NCBI GenBank assembly: GCA_036339465.1 | Contig: JAYZAY010000018.1 | Location: 1-27,267 of the forward strand | DNA: 27,267 nt | Source of the DNA: Myxococcota bacterium | Lineage (GTDB): Bacteria; Myxococcota; XYA12-FULL-58-9; JABJBS01 | Direction: 5' to 3' | In this document: positions 26,007 to 27,267 of the stretch, piece by piece | Layout of the letters: each line of letters opens with the position of its first letter | Position numbering within the stretch: position 1 is the first letter of the stretch | Notes under the pieces: generated by a model | Told to the model about the DNA's origin: nothing | The model's database searches: none | Seen by the model: only the letters and a program-made list of their open reading frames with translations | Made by a program: the position numbers and the translations under genes

Positions 26007-26411
26007 TCACTGTTTTTTACTCGGTTTCTTCACTGTTTCACCCGGTTTGCCCTTGCCTGAAGTTTTTTTCTTCGGGCGCTTCATCGACCCCACCCCATCC
26101 TGCTTAATTTTCTTGCGATGCTGCCGTAATTTACGCTCACGTAAGCTACTAACCACAAAACCAAGCACCAACGCTCCCACAACACAGCCACCAATAATCA
26201 GGAAAGTTTCGGTGCTTTCACTCTCCGCAGACTCCTTAGCAAAACGACTCACGCCTTTAAATCGGTCTGCAGGCCCCACTCTTTTCGACTTTTTCACTTC
26301 CTTGCCGAGGGCAATTCCGATCAGACAAAATGGGGCAATGAACCCAACCAATTGCCAATAACAGTTCTTCTTCAAACCTCTCAGCCTTCGCCAAAAACAT
26401 CCTAGAGCCAT
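26007..26411 (-). CDS. Hypothetical small membrane protein with Lys-rich C-terminus
   Basis: Two hydrophobic segments (LVGFIAPFCLIGIALG; FLIIGGCVVGALVLGFVVS) and a very basic tail. Start uncertain (ATG 26411 or TTG 26447). Confidence 0.6.
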   Translation of the reverse strand: MALGCFWRRLRGLKKNCYWQLVGFIAPFCLIGIALGKEVKKSKRVGPADRFKGVSRFAKESAESESTETFLIIGGCVVGALVLGFVVSSLRERKLRQHRKKIKQDGVGSMKRPKKKTSGKGKPGETVKKPSKKQ

Positions 26412-26744
26412 AAACCTAGGATCCCCTAAATAAGAGGGAAAGATCAAGTAGCTTCATCAACCAGAAAAAGAAGGGAGACCACAACTCCCATAATAAAATT
26501 GATCGTGAATCGCCAGGAGACAAGGAATGACAATAACCACAAAAGACCTGCCACAGTCGCCCCATAAAATCGCCGCCTCCCGGGCCACTTTTAACTAAAT
26601 CACCCACTCTAAAGAGCAAAAGGTAACCTGGGGTCATCGCTATTTAGAACAATCCAAGCTCGCTAAATGGCCACCGGCACGATGCGTCTACCACTAAAAA
26701 ATGTTTTCTTTGCTGAAGTAGCTTAAATAGATACAATAAAACCG

Positions 26745-27267
26745 ATGGTAACGGATAAACAACGAGGAATGCGGCGGTTTGCGAAGGGGCATGGTCCCAA
26801 GCTGAGGATACTTATCAATATCCTTGAACAGCGGTTGATCCAAGAAGCAGCAGAGCATGATAACGCTTCCATCGAAACGACCCAAATAGAAGAGATTTGT
26901 CATTCCCTGAGCGAAGATATCTCAACCCTAAGTAACTTGGTTTACCAAATCCTTGATGCCTACCATAACTGGGACGAACAAGAAGAATTTCAGCATAAAC
27001 GTAAAGACGTGCTCGGTAGGCTCCTCGTGAACGAATTTGAATATATGCTTGAGGGGCGCGGAGGGGAGCTACCTCGAATTGCCATTTCCGGCATTTTACG
27101 TTCTTTCCGAGGACTCGTTGGTGTGGAGATCTTCGAAGAACTTAAGATCACCGTAAACACTCTTCACCAGAAAATCACTAAGGAAATGGGTGAGGGAGCT
27201 CCCGCCGTGGCCATCTGGAAAAAATTCTTCGCCCATCCTGGTGCAAAACTCAGCCTCATCCGGGTCA
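26745..27267 (+). CDS. Hypothetical all-helical protein; 3' end runs off the window
   Basis: Not in the ORF track; translated by hand. Open for 174 codons from ATG 26745: MVTDKQRGMRRFAKGHGPKLRILINILEQRL...KRKDVLGRLLVNEFEYML...IWKKFFAHPGAKLSLIRV. Confidence 0.8.
   Translation, partial: MVTDKQRGMRRFAKGHGPKLRILINILEQRLIQEAAEHDNASIETTQIEEICHSLSEDISTLSNLVYQILDAYHNWDEQEEFQHKRKDVLGRLLVNEFEYMLEGRGGELPRIAISGILRSFRGLVGVEIFEELKITVNTLHQKITKEMGEGAPAVAIWKKFFAHPGAKLSLIRV

Noticed and set aside
26416..26903. Minus-strand ORFs 26416-26637 and 26694-26903
   Set aside because: Short with no motifs; the second is antisense to the longer plus-strand ORF starting at 26745.

Overview
This is a bacterial chromosomal window, probably from a Myxococcota/'deltaproteobacterial' lineage (inferred from the SspB type and flagellar gene order). 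From 17.0 kb down to the left edge, a minus-strand flagellar cluster runs: sigma54 activator (REC-AAA+-HTH), an exported TPR-like protein, flgB, flgC, fliE, fliF, fliG, fliH, fliI, fliJ, a motE/ylxF-like gene, fliK, flgD, flgE, motA and motB (cut off by the window). A clear sigma54 -24/-12 promoter and two tandem FleQ-like GTC-N8-GAC boxes precede the operon. The apparatus is atypical: PomAB-type (Na+) stator signatures, an internally duplicated D2 domain in FlgE, a 789-aa FliK, and two candidate periplasmic scaffold proteins. At 17.2-19.2 kb are translation and proteolysis quality-control genes: sspB-like, prmA and a C12orf65/mtRF-R-like GGQ factor. At 19.3-21.7 kb are a CPBP protease and waaA. 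The 21.7-27.3 kb block holds a probably decayed ORF region, a dimeric dUTPase, a metallo-beta-lactamase + cNMP-domain putative cyclic-nucleotide phosphodiesterase, and hypothetical genes. No rRNA, tRNA, CRISPR array or mobile element was seen. All family assignments come from motif recognition by eye; no searches were run.
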